Origin: a virus
Lineage: Duplodnaviria > Caudoviricetes
DNA length: 64,000 bases
Direction: 5' to 3' (one strand)
Virus record (IMG/VR): IMGVR_UViG_3300025678_000005
A model generated the notes under the pieces. It saw only the letters and a program-made list of their open reading frames with translations. It had not been told where the DNA came from and made no database searches. Below, one piece after another: positions 9,902-21,718 of the stretch; within the stretch, counting starts at the first letter, position 1, and every line of letters begins with the position of its first letter. The translations under genes and the position numbers were made by a program.

Positions 9902-10189
9902 ATGGAAACATTAAATTCAACTGAAAATGGTCTAACTCAACCAATTTTAGAAGGCCAACTTAAAAAGTTAGAATCTATGGTTAATGAATTTGAATGTTAT
10001 TGTGAACATCTTGCACAAAAAGCAAGACAGTTTAAAAAAATAGATTTTAAATATGCTAAAATGGATGAAGAAAATGATAATGAGACAGCTAATTATTATA
10101 CTGATAGATTTGATGGTTTATTAGAAAGATTTGATTTTTGTCTTAATTATATAAGACAAATAAAAAATTTTTTCGATATTTTAATTTAA
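9902..10189 (+). CDS. Hypothetical protein
   Basis: 95 aa ORF. Confidence 0.65.
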   Translation: METLNSTENGLTQPILEGQLKKLESMVNEFECYCEHLAQKARQFKKIDFKYAKMDEENDNETANYYTDRFDGLLERFDFCLNYIRQIKNFFDILI

Positions 10190-10851
10190 TGATGGCACCT
10201 ACTGATATAATAGACAAAATAATTTTATGCAATGCTGATTGTATGGAAGTTATGAAACAATTCAATGATAAAGAATTTGATCTTGCCATAATTGACCCTC
10301 CATATGGAATAGAATCTTCTGGTAAATCTTTTGGGGCTGGTTCTGGTAAATTAAAAAATAGAGTATTAAATAAAAATAGCAAAAAAATTATTGAATGGGA
10401 TAATAAACCTGGCGATGATTATTTTACTGAATTATTTAGAATATCAAAAAATCAAATAATTTGGGGATATAATTATTTTTATCTTCCTCCAACAAGATGT
10501 GTTATTTGTTGGGATAAAGTACAGCCATGGGATAATTTTAGTCAAATTGAATTAGCTTGGACGTCTTTTAATCATCCAGCAAAATTATTTAGGTTTGACA
10601 ACAGAACTGGAGATAAAATTCATCCAACACAGAAACCAGTAAAATTATATGAATGGCTTTTAACCAATTTTGCAACCAAAGGTGATAAAATTTTAGACAC
10701 TCACTTTGGAAGCTTATCGATTGGAATAGCCTGTGATATATTAAATTTTGATTTAACAGCAATAGAAATTGATAAAACTTATTATCAAGCAGGAAAGAAA
10801 AGATTATTAGATCATAAATCACAATTAAAATTTGATATTGATTGTTTATAA
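10189..10851 (+). CDS. DNA N6-adenine/N4-cytosine methyltransferase (beta class)
   Basis: DPPY catalytic motif, HPTQKP, ILDTHFGS SAM-binding-like motif. Confidence 0.9.
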   Translation: MMAPTDIIDKIILCNADCMEVMKQFNDKEFDLAIIDPPYGIESSGKSFGAGSGKLKNRVLNKNSKKIIEWDNKPGDDYFTELFRISKNQIIWGYNYFYLPPTRCVICWDKVQPWDNFSQIELAWTSFNHPAKLFRFDNRTGDKIHPTQKPVKLYEWLLTNFATKGDKILDTHFGSLSIGIACDILNFDLTAIEIDKTYYQAGKKRLLDHKSQLKFDIDCL

Positions 10852-11408
10852 AAATAAAATTAAATAAAATAAAAATTATGTTACATGTACAACAATACAT
10901 AACTTTTTGGAAGACTAAAAAAGCATGTAAATTTTTGGGATTGCTCGACAAAGACGGATTTGCCTTTTTGCCTGAAGCTGAAATAATTAATTATATTGGA
11001 CATTATACTCTTAATAATGTAACTATTCCTGTTAACACGTATCATTATAAAATGGGAAAATTTCAGGGTGATGATCCGTTTTTATCTTCGATAAATTGGT
11101 ATAATATATTATTAGCCCACAAAACAGCGAAACAAAATAAAAAAAATAAAAAATTGTTAAATATAAATTAAAAATTAATTATTATGGAAACATTCATGCT
11201 TATCTTATTATTTATTATTTCTTTATTATTGGGTATTTTAAATTTAAAGCAACGTGCTCATATAGATGATTTAAAATCTGAGAATCAGGAACTAAGAAAT
11301 GAAAATAAGAATTTAATGGACAACATTCGTTCTTTATGTGAACAAAACAAAGCAACGTCTGATAAAAAGAAAACTAAAACAACAAAGAAAAGTGAATAAA
11401 TTTATAAC

Positions 11409-11443
11409 AATCCATAGCTATTAATTAATGGTAGCTATGGATT
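11409..11443. terminator. Intergenic hairpin, possible terminator
   Basis: AATCCATAGCTA/TAGCTATGGATT 12-bp inverted repeat. Confidence 0.5.
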
Positions 11444-11976
11444 ATCTAAAAATTTTATATTATGGATATAACCAAAACATTTGAAGAAATGGTGCTTAAA
11501 TTTCAAAATGAAATTAATGCATTTATAAATGATAATAAACAAGAAGATTTACAAAAAGATGATGTTTCTATTATCATGTTAGCTTCTTGTAAAAAAAGCC
11601 AACTTTATTCTATTTTACTTGGAGATGAAATTAATTTAGTAAAAATGTTATTAAATGCAACATCAAACAGTGATGGATGGTCATCTATTATAGTTGATAC
11701 ATATACTGTTATACAAAGATTGTCACAAAAAAATGAAAATATATAATAATATATATAAAAAAATATCATGGAATCTTAAATCCATGATGGCAATTTCTTT
11801 TATAAATATAGAATGGAACAAATATAATGGATTTGTCTTTCAAATAGGATATATTTGCTCCAATAAAATAGATGGATCTTTTTTCAGCATTAATTTTTCT
11901 AAAAGATTTTTATATATAGAAATTTTTTGGAAAGAATATAAGATTTATGAAAATTTTATAACTTAACGACAATAAT

Positions 11977-12300
11977 ATGAAAAAGCATATAAATTTTTAT
12001 GATTTTGCTGAATCCTTTTATAGAATGAAAAGATATAATTTTTCGTATGAAGGATTGGAAGCACTGTTTAATTACTTTGAAGATTTAGAAGATAGTTTAG
12101 AAATTGAAATAGAATTTGATGTAATAGGTATTTGTTGTAATTATACAGAATATGAAAATTTAGATGAATTTAAAAAAGACTTTACAGATGAAAAATTTAT
12201 AGATTTAGAATCTATACAAAATGAAACAAATGTCATTTGTATTGATTCAGAAGAAGAAATAAATCAAAATAAAGGTAGATTTATTATAGAAAACTTTTAA
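11977..12300 (+). CDS. Hypothetical phage protein
   Basis: FSYEGLEALF..FDVIGICCNYTEY motif. Confidence 0.65.
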   Translation: MKKHINFYDFAESFYRMKRYNFSYEGLEALFNYFEDLEDSLEIEIEFDVIGICCNYTEYENLDEFKKDFTDEKFIDLESIQNETNVICIDSEEEINQNKGRFIIENF

Positions 12301-12337
12301 ATTATTAATAGTATTAATTGATAAAATAAAATAAAAA

Positions 12338-12844
12338 ATGTCAAATATATGTAAAAATGAATTTGTTGTTTCTGGAAAAAAGAAAACAATTTTAAAATTT
12401 TTATCTGACGGAATGAAAGTTGAATCTGTTTCAAAAGATTTAAATGAGTTGAAAATACTTTTTAATGGGAAAAAAGTTACCTTAGATTCCTATATTCCAA
12501 TGCCAGAAGATTTAAAAGATATATCTGATAAAAATATGTTAGAATTAATAAAAAAATATGGTTATAGTAACGAATATTTGTGGAGAATGAAGAATTATGA
12601 TACTCTGAATAGTGTTATTAATTTAAAAGAAATCGAAGATAATAAATCAACTATAACACTCTATATGGTTATTTATACTTCATGGCAACCACCAATTTCA
12701 TGGTTAAAAAAGGTACAAAAAAAATATAAATCCTTAAAATTTTATATGGAATTTGAAGAGCCTAATATGGAATTAAAAGGCTTTTGTAAAACATCTGTAA
12801 TTAATCCTGTTCAGCTAATTACTCATTATTGTAATAAGATTTAA
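12338..12844 (+). CDS. DUF1281/YubB ferredoxin-like domain protein
   Basis: MSN.C.N start, PMPE, TSWQPP and EEP motifs. Confidence 0.55.
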   Translation: MSNICKNEFVVSGKKKTILKFLSDGMKVESVSKDLNELKILFNGKKVTLDSYIPMPEDLKDISDKNMLELIKKYGYSNEYLWRMKNYDTLNSVINLKEIEDNKSTITLYMVIYTSWQPPISWLKKVQKKYKSLKFYMEFEEPNMELKGFCKTSVINPVQLITHYCNKI

Positions 12845-13356
12845 AAATATGGATGATAAAATAAAAGGAAATATTAGAAGGTTAAATAGGCTTATTAAAG
12901 TATTTCAAGATTGTGATTTCTATTTTGTTGGAGCTGCGAGTTTTGAAGTACGCATGCAAGCTAAATTTGATCCAAAGATTGTTAAAATAGCACTAAAGAA
13001 TAAATTTACCGTGAGTGCAAGTAAAGAGCTGGGTTTTATAGAATTAATAAGAGATAATTATACAATTACATTAATTTAATTAAATATGATAACTGTAACA
13101 ATAAATAACGATGAAAATTCACATGTATTAAATCTTTTCTTTAAGAGAAAAGAAGAAAATACCCTATCTTTTTCTGTATCTGCTTCCAGTGAATTAACTG
13201 AATATCTTGAAAAAATTAGAGATGGTGGAGAAATGGAAGATCAAATAGAAGATACTATAATAATGGCTATTCTAAACGCTTTAAATGAAAAATTTCTTAT
13301 TGTAGAAGCTGTATTAGGAAAAAAAGAATAATATTATAACAAATAAAAAAAACATT

Positions 13357-13734
13357 ATGAAAAGGTTAATATTTAGTTTTTGTATATTTTTAACAAGTAT
13401 TTGTGCTTTTAGCCAAGCGAATAATTTCGTTGCAACAAAGGCAATGGTTATAACAGAAAATAATACTTTTTCCTTACCAATTGAACTTTATATTTCTTGG
13501 GATATAGATAATAATATCTGTATAATTCGTTCCAAAGAACAACAATTAATAAAATATAAAATAGTTGAATATAAAGAAGATGATAAATTTTATATTTTCA
13601 ATTGTACTGCATTAGATAAAAATAATAAAGACATTCTTTTTGTTATAAATATGCCAAAAAAAGAAGATTATTTTTATTTTAGTGTGGCATATGATGATGT
13701 TATATATATTTATGAGTGTAAATTAATAAATTAA
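13357..13734 (+). CDS. Secreted hypothetical protein
   Basis: Signal-peptide-like N-terminus MKRLIF..CAFSQ. Confidence 0.6.
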   Translation: MKRLIFSFCIFLTSICAFSQANNFVATKAMVITENNTFSLPIELYISWDIDNNICIIRSKEQQLIKYKIVEYKEDDKFYIFNCTALDKNNKDILFVINMPKKEDYFYFSVAYDDVIYIYECKLIN

Positions 13735-13737
13735 TTT

Positions 13738-14340
13738 ATGGACAGAATCTATAAACTAACAAATAATTCAATTACTTTTGATGAACATGTTTTAAAACAA
13801 GTAGAATATATAGATTCCTCTTTATCAACAAATAAAAAACTTGGTGGTTATATTGAAACAATAGAAAACTTAACAGGCAACGCTTTAATAGAAGAAAGAG
13901 TAAAAGTATATAACCAATCTTTAGTTACTGATAAGGCATATATTTCTGGAGGTTGTATTATAAGAAATAATGCATCTGTTCGTGATAGGGCGGTAATATA
14001 TGGTAATCTTATAACAATTGAAAATAGTGCTTGTGTTTGTGAAAATGCTTTAATACGAGGAAATGATATTATTATAAGTAATCATGTATATCTTGGTTAT
14101 GGTGCTTGTATAGGTAATGGTGCTAGAATTTTAAGCCCAGAGGACTGTATTGTGCTTTTAGTATCAGACTTTGGTCCAATAACAATTTATTGTACTACAG
14201 AAGATTATCATATTAGTCTTAGTTATATGGATTATTCTATAAAAAATTTTTTAAACATAAATGATGATGAAATAATCACTCCTAAAACTAAAAAAATAAT
14301 AGAAAATATAATAAGAACCCTATCAAGAGACAAAACATGA
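13738..14340 (+). CDS. Left-handed beta-helix repeat protein
   Basis: LGGYIE followed by hexapeptide-like repeats (ASVRDR AVIYGN..). Confidence 0.7.
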   Translation: MDRIYKLTNNSITFDEHVLKQVEYIDSSLSTNKKLGGYIETIENLTGNALIEERVKVYNQSLVTDKAYISGGCIIRNNASVRDRAVIYGNLITIENSACVCENALIRGNDIIISNHVYLGYGACIGNGARILSPEDCIVLLVSDFGPITIYCTTEDYHISLSYMDYSIKNFLNINDDEIITPKTKKIIENIIRTLSRDKT

Positions 14341-15127
14341 GTACAATTTTATATGCAATTATTATTTTATTACTTCTAATCTTTTTATTCTTCTTAATGT
14401 TAAATAGCACATTTATTTGGAGCTTAATTTGTTTCATTAAATTACATATAATATATACAAGTTTAAAAAGAGAAAACAGTAAAAAATTAAAAAACTACAA
14501 AAATTTTGATGCTTTTGCAGATTATTACTTAACTTACATTTATCCAAATTTTCCAAAGAAATTAAATTTTTAATAATACAATTATGGAAAGAAGAATATT
14601 TATTACTTATTACAGGAAACCCTGTAAAGATAAAACTAAAAAGGGAGCTCCACGTGGAGTTGTAGTTGCAACAGAAAAGGGAATTATCGGATGGTCATTA
14701 TGTGGAAAACGCGATGTCTTTGATAAAAAACTGGGTTTAACAATTGCATTACAAAGAGCTGAAAAAGCAGAAAAACTTTCTAAAAAAGAAAGAGAGGAAT
14801 TTTATTCTAGAGTTCCAAATTCTTTAAAAGAAAAATTTAATTGGTTATTAGTAAAATCACATCAAATAATATGGAAAAATATGAAGTAGGCTATATTCAA
14901 GAATATCCTGTTTATTTTATTAAAGAAAAAAATATGCTGTATTGTAAAGATGTAACAATACCATATGATAAAATAAGGGATGCGCTATTTAAATCTTCTT
15001 TGGACAGAGTTCATATAAAAAGTGATATAACTGTAATTAAAAACAATAGTCTAATTACTATAGGCTGTCTAAATACAACAATTGAAAATTTAACAAATAT
15101 TAATAAAAACATAAAAAAAATTAAAAC

Positions 15128-16957
15128 ATGTCAAAAGTATTATTAAAGAACAGAATCAGTAAATATGAAGAAGCTCAGAAAGCAAAGTTAGTTGAATTAG
15201 GTTTAAGTAAAAAATCTTATTCTGCAATATTAAGTTATTTGAAGGATGAGATTGAAAAATCTACTACTATTTGTACATTTAACTATGAAATATTTTGCTT
15301 TAAAAATGATGGTGTTTATCAATTAAACAAGGCAATAGAAGAAATATATGGTGTTGCAAGTGGTAAAAAAGATGCCAATCCATCTGGTGGAACTTCTAAA
15401 TTAAAAACAATAGATGTTCAATTATTTGATGGTACTAGATTAAAAGTTCCTTATGGAAAAATTTCTCTTGCAGAAGCAGGTGAAGGAGCTAATATTGATA
15501 TTAGTTATGATACAGAAAGAAACATGCTTATGTTAACTGGATCATGTGAATATAGATTTGCTCCGATGATTGACGATATTGTAGAAAGAACAAAAGAATT
15601 ATTAAATACTAATTCAATCTATAGAAATCAAGCGTTAGAAATAACTACATTGGATGAAGAACCAAAAGTAATTGATCTCTCTAATATTGATAAAGAATTT
15701 CTTATTCTTTCTGATGATGTAAAATATTCTTTAACTCCATTAGATGCAAGAATTCAACGTACTGATATTTGTAGAAAAAAGGGCATTTCTTTAAAATATG
15801 GAGCCCTTTTAGAAGGAGCATATGGTTGGTTCATTTAATTAAATTTAATTATTGTAAATATCAGAGTATATTTCAAATAATTTTGTTATCTTTGTACGTG
15901 ATATTAAATTAAATGAACTTGCCTCTATATAAAGTAATTTATATAGGAAATCATGTGAATTGCTGGAACTTCCTTAGAGTCTTATAAACTACAACATAAC
16001 TAGCAATAGTAAGTGTGAATGTTTAAAAATTATAAGAATTGGAAAATCAGCAGCCAAGTATCCTGATAAAGGATAAAGGTTCAACGACTATGGGTGAAAC
16101 TCTCAGTACAATCAAGTGATTGGAAGTGCATGACATCTAAGTAATTAGATGAAGATATAGTCTGGACTGTATAGAAATATACAGAAGTTTATAGAAAAAC
16201 TGCATAAGATTAACGACCTTATGTGAACAATACGACAGGAAAAACTCTTCTTGCATTTAAAAAGGCAAAAGAAGCTATTGAGAATGGTTGGATATTTATT
16301 TATTTAAAAGATCCAACTTTATTGTCTAAGGTTCTTCGTTTGGCTAAAGTAATTGATAAAAATGGTAAAGGTGTTCTTATCTTTGTTGAAGATATTGATC
16401 AAGTAACAAGAGGTTCAAGAAATGCCGCTTTACAAGACATTTTAAATACTCTTGATGGAGGAGATACTAAAGATATGAATGTAATTACTATTTTTACAAC
16501 TAATCATCTTGAATTAATTGAGCCTACTTTTTTAAGAGGTAAACGTATAGGATCAATTATATCTTTAGGTTTTCTAAATAAAAAGACAGCAAAAGAATTT
16601 ATGGAAACTGCTTTCTTAAAAGATAATTATGTTATAGAATACGAAGGATTGGATCCAGTGTTGGATTTAATTGCAGAAAGTGATATTGCACCTGCTTTTA
16701 TGGCTGAAATAGTTGAAACTATAAAATCAAATTTAATTTTAACTGATGAAAATGTTGTAAAACCAGAATATATCAGAAGCAGTGTATTATCTTATCTAAG
16801 ACAAGTACAATTATCAAGAAAGAAAGATACCACAGAAACAGTAGAAAATAAATTCTATAATGCATATTTGAACTTAATAGAGCAAGGAGCACATAAAGCA
16901 GTTAAAGAACCTTTCGATGAAGTTCTTAATGCAATTGATGATATTGATAATAATTAA
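15128..16957 (+). CDS. AAA+ ATPase split by a group I intron (exons 15128-15826 and 16235-16957; 473 aa)
   Basis: Splicing restores Walker A GAYG|TGKT; Walker B IFVEDID; TTN..RGKR. Confidence 0.9.
15827..16234 (+). ncRNA. Group I intron, no ORF
   Basis: P GAATTGCTGGAA, Q AATCAGCAG, R GTTCAACGACTA, S AAGATATAGTCT; exon ends in U, intron ends in G. Confidence 0.92.
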
Positions 16958-16965
16958 TAACAAAT

Positions 16966-16995
16966 AGGTTGTAGTAATGCAAATTACTACAACCT
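16966..16995 (+). terminator. Hairpin after the ATPase gene
   Basis: AGGTTGTAGTAAT/ATTACTACAACCT 13-bp inverted repeat. Confidence 0.6.
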
Positions 16996-17007
16996 TTATT
17001 CTAAAAA

Positions 17008-17691
17008 ATGATGAAAACAAAAATATTAGCAACTAGTGATTTACATGGATTTTTACCACAAATTAAACAAAGAGCACACATTCTCCTTATAGCTGGAGAT
17101 ATAAGTCCATTATATATACAAGAAGATAGATTAAAGATGAAGAATTGGTTGTCTGATACATTTATTCCATGGACAAAAACAGTTCCTGTAGATAAAATAG
17201 TTTTAATTGCTGGAAATCATGATTTTTTCTTCATGGATACACCAAAACATGAGATATTAACTTTATTTAAACCTATTAATAAAATCATGTATTTGGATAA
17301 TGAAGCTGCTCCATGTTATGTAAATAATACCAAATTAATGATTTATGGAACACCCTATTGTCATAAATATGGATTATGGGCATTTATGGAATCTGATGAT
17401 AAGTTAAAAGAGTTATATAATAATATACCGAAAAATGTAGATATAATAATTTCTCATGATGCTCCACATTCATTTGGAGATACCGATGTTCTTTTAGAAT
17501 ATGGTCAAACTGATCATTTAGGAAATAAACCTTTAGCAGATAAATTGTTACAAACAGACTATAAATTAGCTGTTTGTGGCCATATACATTCTGGTGATCA
17601 TTCTTTTAATGAAACTTTTAAAATAGCAAATGTTTCATACTTAAATGAATATTATAAACCAGCATATCCAATTTTTAACTTTGATTTATAA
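17008..17691 (+). CDS. Calcineurin-like metallophosphoesterase
   Basis: SDLHG, AGD, GNHD, GHIH motifs. Confidence 0.9.
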   Translation: MMKTKILATSDLHGFLPQIKQRAHILLIAGDISPLYIQEDRLKMKNWLSDTFIPWTKTVPVDKIVLIAGNHDFFFMDTPKHEILTLFKPINKIMYLDNEAAPCYVNNTKLMIYGTPYCHKYGLWAFMESDDKLKELYNNIPKNVDIIISHDAPHSFGDTDVLLEYGQTDHLGNKPLADKLLQTDYKLAVCGHIHSGDHSFNETFKIANVSYLNEYYKPAYPIFNFDL

Positions 17692-18260
17692 ACAAACAAT
17701 TAATAAAAAAGATTGTGGCAACTTTAACTAATAGACAAATTAATGCTTTAGTAGATAAAATTATATATTCTATTGAAAATCCTATAATACAGCATAATAA
17801 AAAAATTAAAGACAGTGAATCATATAAAAATTTCATACATAAAAATGGAGATTGTAAAAAAATTATAGAAATTGGTAAAAAATGGGGATTAGAAGAAGAT
17901 TCTTGGTTAATACAGGATTTTTGTGAACACATTAGAGATGTAGCATTTAAACAACATTTTATCCCAATTCCACCTTTACATAGAAAGATGATTGAAAATG
18001 ATATAATTATAGAAACAATGGATGGTATTTATTGGAGCATTTACAAACTACACGGAAGCTCTTGCATATAAGGATTTGATAAAAATTAATATTAACCAAA
18101 TTCTTAATGAAACTGAATATATAGATACTTTAGATATTATATCTATTAGCGATGAAGAATATTTAAAATATTTAGAAGATAATAGAAAAAGAGAAGATGC
18201 TTTGGATTATGTAGACACTTATATAAACGAATATGTACTAAATAAGTTATACTTTTAATT

Positions 18261-18588
18261 ATGAAAAAATATAACTTACTTTAAAAGATTTAAATCATCA
18301 AATCCTTATAGTATCTGATAATAATGAATTTAAGGATATTTGGGATGAAGTAAATGGATTATACTCTACATCTGATACTAATATCTCTGAATTTGAAAAG
18401 GGAAAAGTAATTCCAAAAGGATTTCTTAATAAATATAATTTTAAGAAATTTTATCCTAAAGATTCATGGTTTCGATATTATATATTAGAAATAAAGAAAT
18501 TAGGATTATCTTCTTTACGAGGTAGAGTAACAAAACAAACAAGTAATGAAATTGATTTACAGTTAAAAGAGTTACGAAATGAATATTA
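18261..18588 (+). pseudogene. ORF frameshifted at the A run after its ATG
   Basis: ATG frame stops after 7 codons; a ~105-codon open frame (ITYFKRF..LRNEY) starts in the A tract. Confidence 0.5.
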
Positions 18589-18607
18589 ATTTTTTATATT
18601 AAGAAAT

Positions 18608-19152
18608 ATAAAAAAATATAGATTAATAAATCCATATGGAGTATTTGTAGGTACTTTTATTACTAAATTAGAGGCTGCAATTGAGGTGGATAAATTAATA
18701 AAATCTATGCAAGATTCTTATAAAGAAACAAAAGAAGATATATGTACTCCATTTGATTTTACAGTAAAAGAAATTAAATTGGATATTCCATACATAATTT
18801 GTTCTTATGAAGAAGCAACAAAATATTTAGATAAGGATCTTATTATAGACTAGTCAGAGCCTTATAATGCTCCTATCAATGAGATAAAGGTTACAGCTTA
18901 TAATAAATTACTTACTATTGCAGAAGCATGGAATAAAGCTGATAAATTTAATCCTGATTATTATAATTATCAAGATAAATTTTATCCAGTTTTTAAATAT
19001 AATTTTGATGTAAAACAATATATATTATACAAGGCAGAATGTGAAATATTTCCATATGGATTACACTTTTGTTTTTAAACGGAAAAAAGATCATTACAAT
19101 TTGGACTTCAATTTCTAAAATATTGGAATGAATTTTTATTACAAAATAAAAT
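18608..19152 (+). pseudogene. Decayed phage gene
   Basis: One frame KKYRLINPYG..LLTIAEAWNKAD..WNEFLL with ATA start and internal TAG and TAA. Confidence 0.6.
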
Positions 19153-19382
19153 AATATGAATGACAATTTAAGAAGATTAAGATTATTAAGTAGAAAATAT
19201 GATTTATCTATTTTTTATGTTATAAATATATTTAGAGGTAATATATATTTTCAAGTTGACCATTCTCTAGAGTTAGCTTCACAACTTAAGAAATTTAAAT
19301 GTGAATGTAAAGTACAGGATAGTGGTTATATTGAATACATTAAGGGAATATATCAAGTTACTTAAACATAAGTTATATCTAG

Positions 19383-19703
19383 ATGAAAGCATATAAATTA
19401 GTTAGAAAAATGAAAGACGGTTCTTTATCTCCGTTATTTATTAATAAAAGATATAGATTTAAAATTGGAGATTGGATAGAAGCAGAATATTTTCCAACTA
19501 AAGGGTTTGCCTGTAGAAAAGGATTTCATTGTACTTTTAAACCTGTAGCTCCACATTTATCAAAAAATAATAGAGTCTGGGTAGAAGTAGAGATACAAGA
19601 TTATGAAACTTATAAAAGACCAGAAAATCAAGGTGGTTTATGGTGCTTAGCACAAAAAATGAAAATAATAAGAGAATTAGAAATTAATAACAACATAAAT
19701 TAA
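19383..19703 (+). CDS. Hypothetical phage protein
   Basis: MKAYKL..GFACRKGFHC..PHL..RPENQGG. Confidence 0.7.
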   Translation: MKAYKLVRKMKDGSLSPLFINKRYRFKIGDWIEAEYFPTKGFACRKGFHCTFKPVAPHLSKNNRVWVEVEIQDYETYKRPENQGGLWCLAQKMKIIRELEINNNIN

Positions 19704-19731
19704 TTATTTGTATAATATATTAAAATTTAAT

Positions 19732-20286
19732 ATGATAAGAACAATTGTTGAGGAAAGTCAAAGAAATATAGCTATAATGGATGTTTTCTCAAAATTAATA
19801 CAGGAAAGAATTATTTTTATAGATTCAACTATCGATTCTGAATTAGCTAATGGAGTAATTGCTCAAATGTTATATTTAGATTCATTAAGTCATGAAGAAC
19901 CTATCAGTGTTTATATAAATTCTGATGGCGGGTCTGTATATGATGGATTGGCTATTTACGATACTTCTGAAATTATTAAATGTCCAATAAAAACATTTTG
20001 TGTTGGATTAGCAGCTTCTATGGGTGCTATATTAATGTTGATGGGAAAAGAACGTTATGCAACAAAGAGGTCTCGTTTAATGTTACATCAAGTATCAGGA
20101 GGTGTGATAGGAACTGCAGAGGAAATTCGTATTACAAATGAGGAAACTCAAAAAGTAGAAAAAACTTTATATGATATTATAGAATCAAAAACTAAATTAA
20201 CAAAAGTTAATAAATTATTAAAAAATGATACATGGTTTTCGGCAGAAGAAGCTTTAAAGGTTGGGTTAATAACAGATATTCTATAA
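19732..20286 (+). CDS. clpP: ClpP protease proteolytic subunit
   Basis: YINSDGG, AASMG (Ser), MLHQ (His), DTWF (Asp). Confidence 0.9.
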   Translation: MIRTIVEESQRNIAIMDVFSKLIQERIIFIDSTIDSELANGVIAQMLYLDSLSHEEPISVYINSDGGSVYDGLAIYDTSEIIKCPIKTFCVGLAASMGAILMLMGKERYATKRSRLMLHQVSGGVIGTAEEIRITNEETQKVEKTLYDIIESKTKLTKVNKLLKNDTWFSAEEALKVGLITDIL

Positions 20287-20725
20287 CAAAACTAGAAAAA
20301 AATATTATTGCTTTACAAAAAGAAATTTTCGAGAAAATTCGTTATATAAATTCTGGTGGATGCATACATTTTGCTTATTATATGGCAAAAAAACTAGAGA
20401 AGTTGAACATTCCTTATAATATAATATTTATAGATATGACATCTATAGTGACGAATCTAGACTGCTTTAAAGCTGTAGATCATGTTGTTGTATATGTAAA
20501 AGGAATTGGTTTTTTCGATGGAACAGTTTTATGGAAAAATAAATCAGAATTTATTGCACGATATGACGGTTATTATATTACAACAGTATCAAATATTAGA
20601 TCAGATGATTTAAAGGTTTTAACTGACTATAATTTTGGTTGGAATAAATTGTATAAGATAGAAAATAATATTTTATTAGAACAGTTAATAGATAAGCATT
20701 TAAAATAAATTTAAATTATTATAAG

Positions 20726-21226
20726 ATGAATAGAAAACTTGAATTAGTTTCCGAAACGATTGGAGAATTATTAGTAAAACAACTAGCACATGAATTAAAA
20801 AATTATAATTTGTATATGAGTTTTGCTAATTATTTTGGAGTTGAAGGAATAGATGATTTAAAAATTTATTATGAAAAAAGAGCCAATGAAGAATTAAATC
20901 ATCATAAATGGATTTATGATTATTTAACAGAGGCAGATTATAAATTTATATATCCTGTAGTTATACAGAATGACGCACAAATAGAAGATTATATAACTCC
21001 ATTCAAAGCTACTATAGATAGAGAAATTCAAACAACACAGCTTATTTATACTATTTATAAAGCTGCACAAACTGAAGGAGATATAATGACTGTAGTATGG
21101 CTTGAAAACTTATTAATAAGAGAGCAAATTGAAGAAGAAAATATAAGTAGACAAGCCCTAACAATCATAGAAGAAGAATCAGATATATATGAAAGAGCAG
21201 AACAAATTTTAAATTTATTAGAATAA
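20726..21226 (+). CDS. Ferritin-like protein
   Basis: HE..N, EELNH, E, EQIEEE ferroxidase pattern. Confidence 0.85.
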   Translation: MNRKLELVSETIGELLVKQLAHELKNYNLYMSFANYFGVEGIDDLKIYYEKRANEELNHHKWIYDYLTEADYKFIYPVVIQNDAQIEDYITPFKATIDREIQTTQLIYTIYKAAQTEGDIMTVVWLENLLIREQIEEENISRQALTIIEEESDIYERAEQILNLLE

Positions 21227-21718
21227 TGTATGCAATATTTAATAAAAACGGTGATCTATTAGATGTAACTGATTTTGAATCTCAGGATGAAATTGATGAA
21301 TATTTGCAAAAAAATCCAGAACATATAATTAGATCAGATGAAGATCTGCTATTCTTAAAAAACAATTCATACTTTGAAGATGGTGATTTGTTTTATGATG
21401 ATGATCTTTAAACCTAATGACTGAAAGTATTAAGGAAGTAAAATTAATAGCAAAAAGAGATGATACTTACACTGTCTATGTTTTTCAAGATATATACACA
21501 AAAGAATATATTATGTGTACAAGGTTGCCTGATTGGCAGACTCCTGAAGTTGACATAGGCAGTGTTGGGTATCTAAAATATGTAGATGTGATGGCTGGAG
21601 AACAATATGTTACATCATCATTAGAAACCTTTTATTATAGGTTTACTAATTGTTATTTCATAGATTTTTTGCATAAAATAGATAATGATGAACATGTAAA
21701 AATAATAATATAGGTAAG

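Noticed and set aside
18608-19152. Possible TAG recoding
   Set aside because: The same frame also has an internal TAA and lacks ATG; decay is simpler
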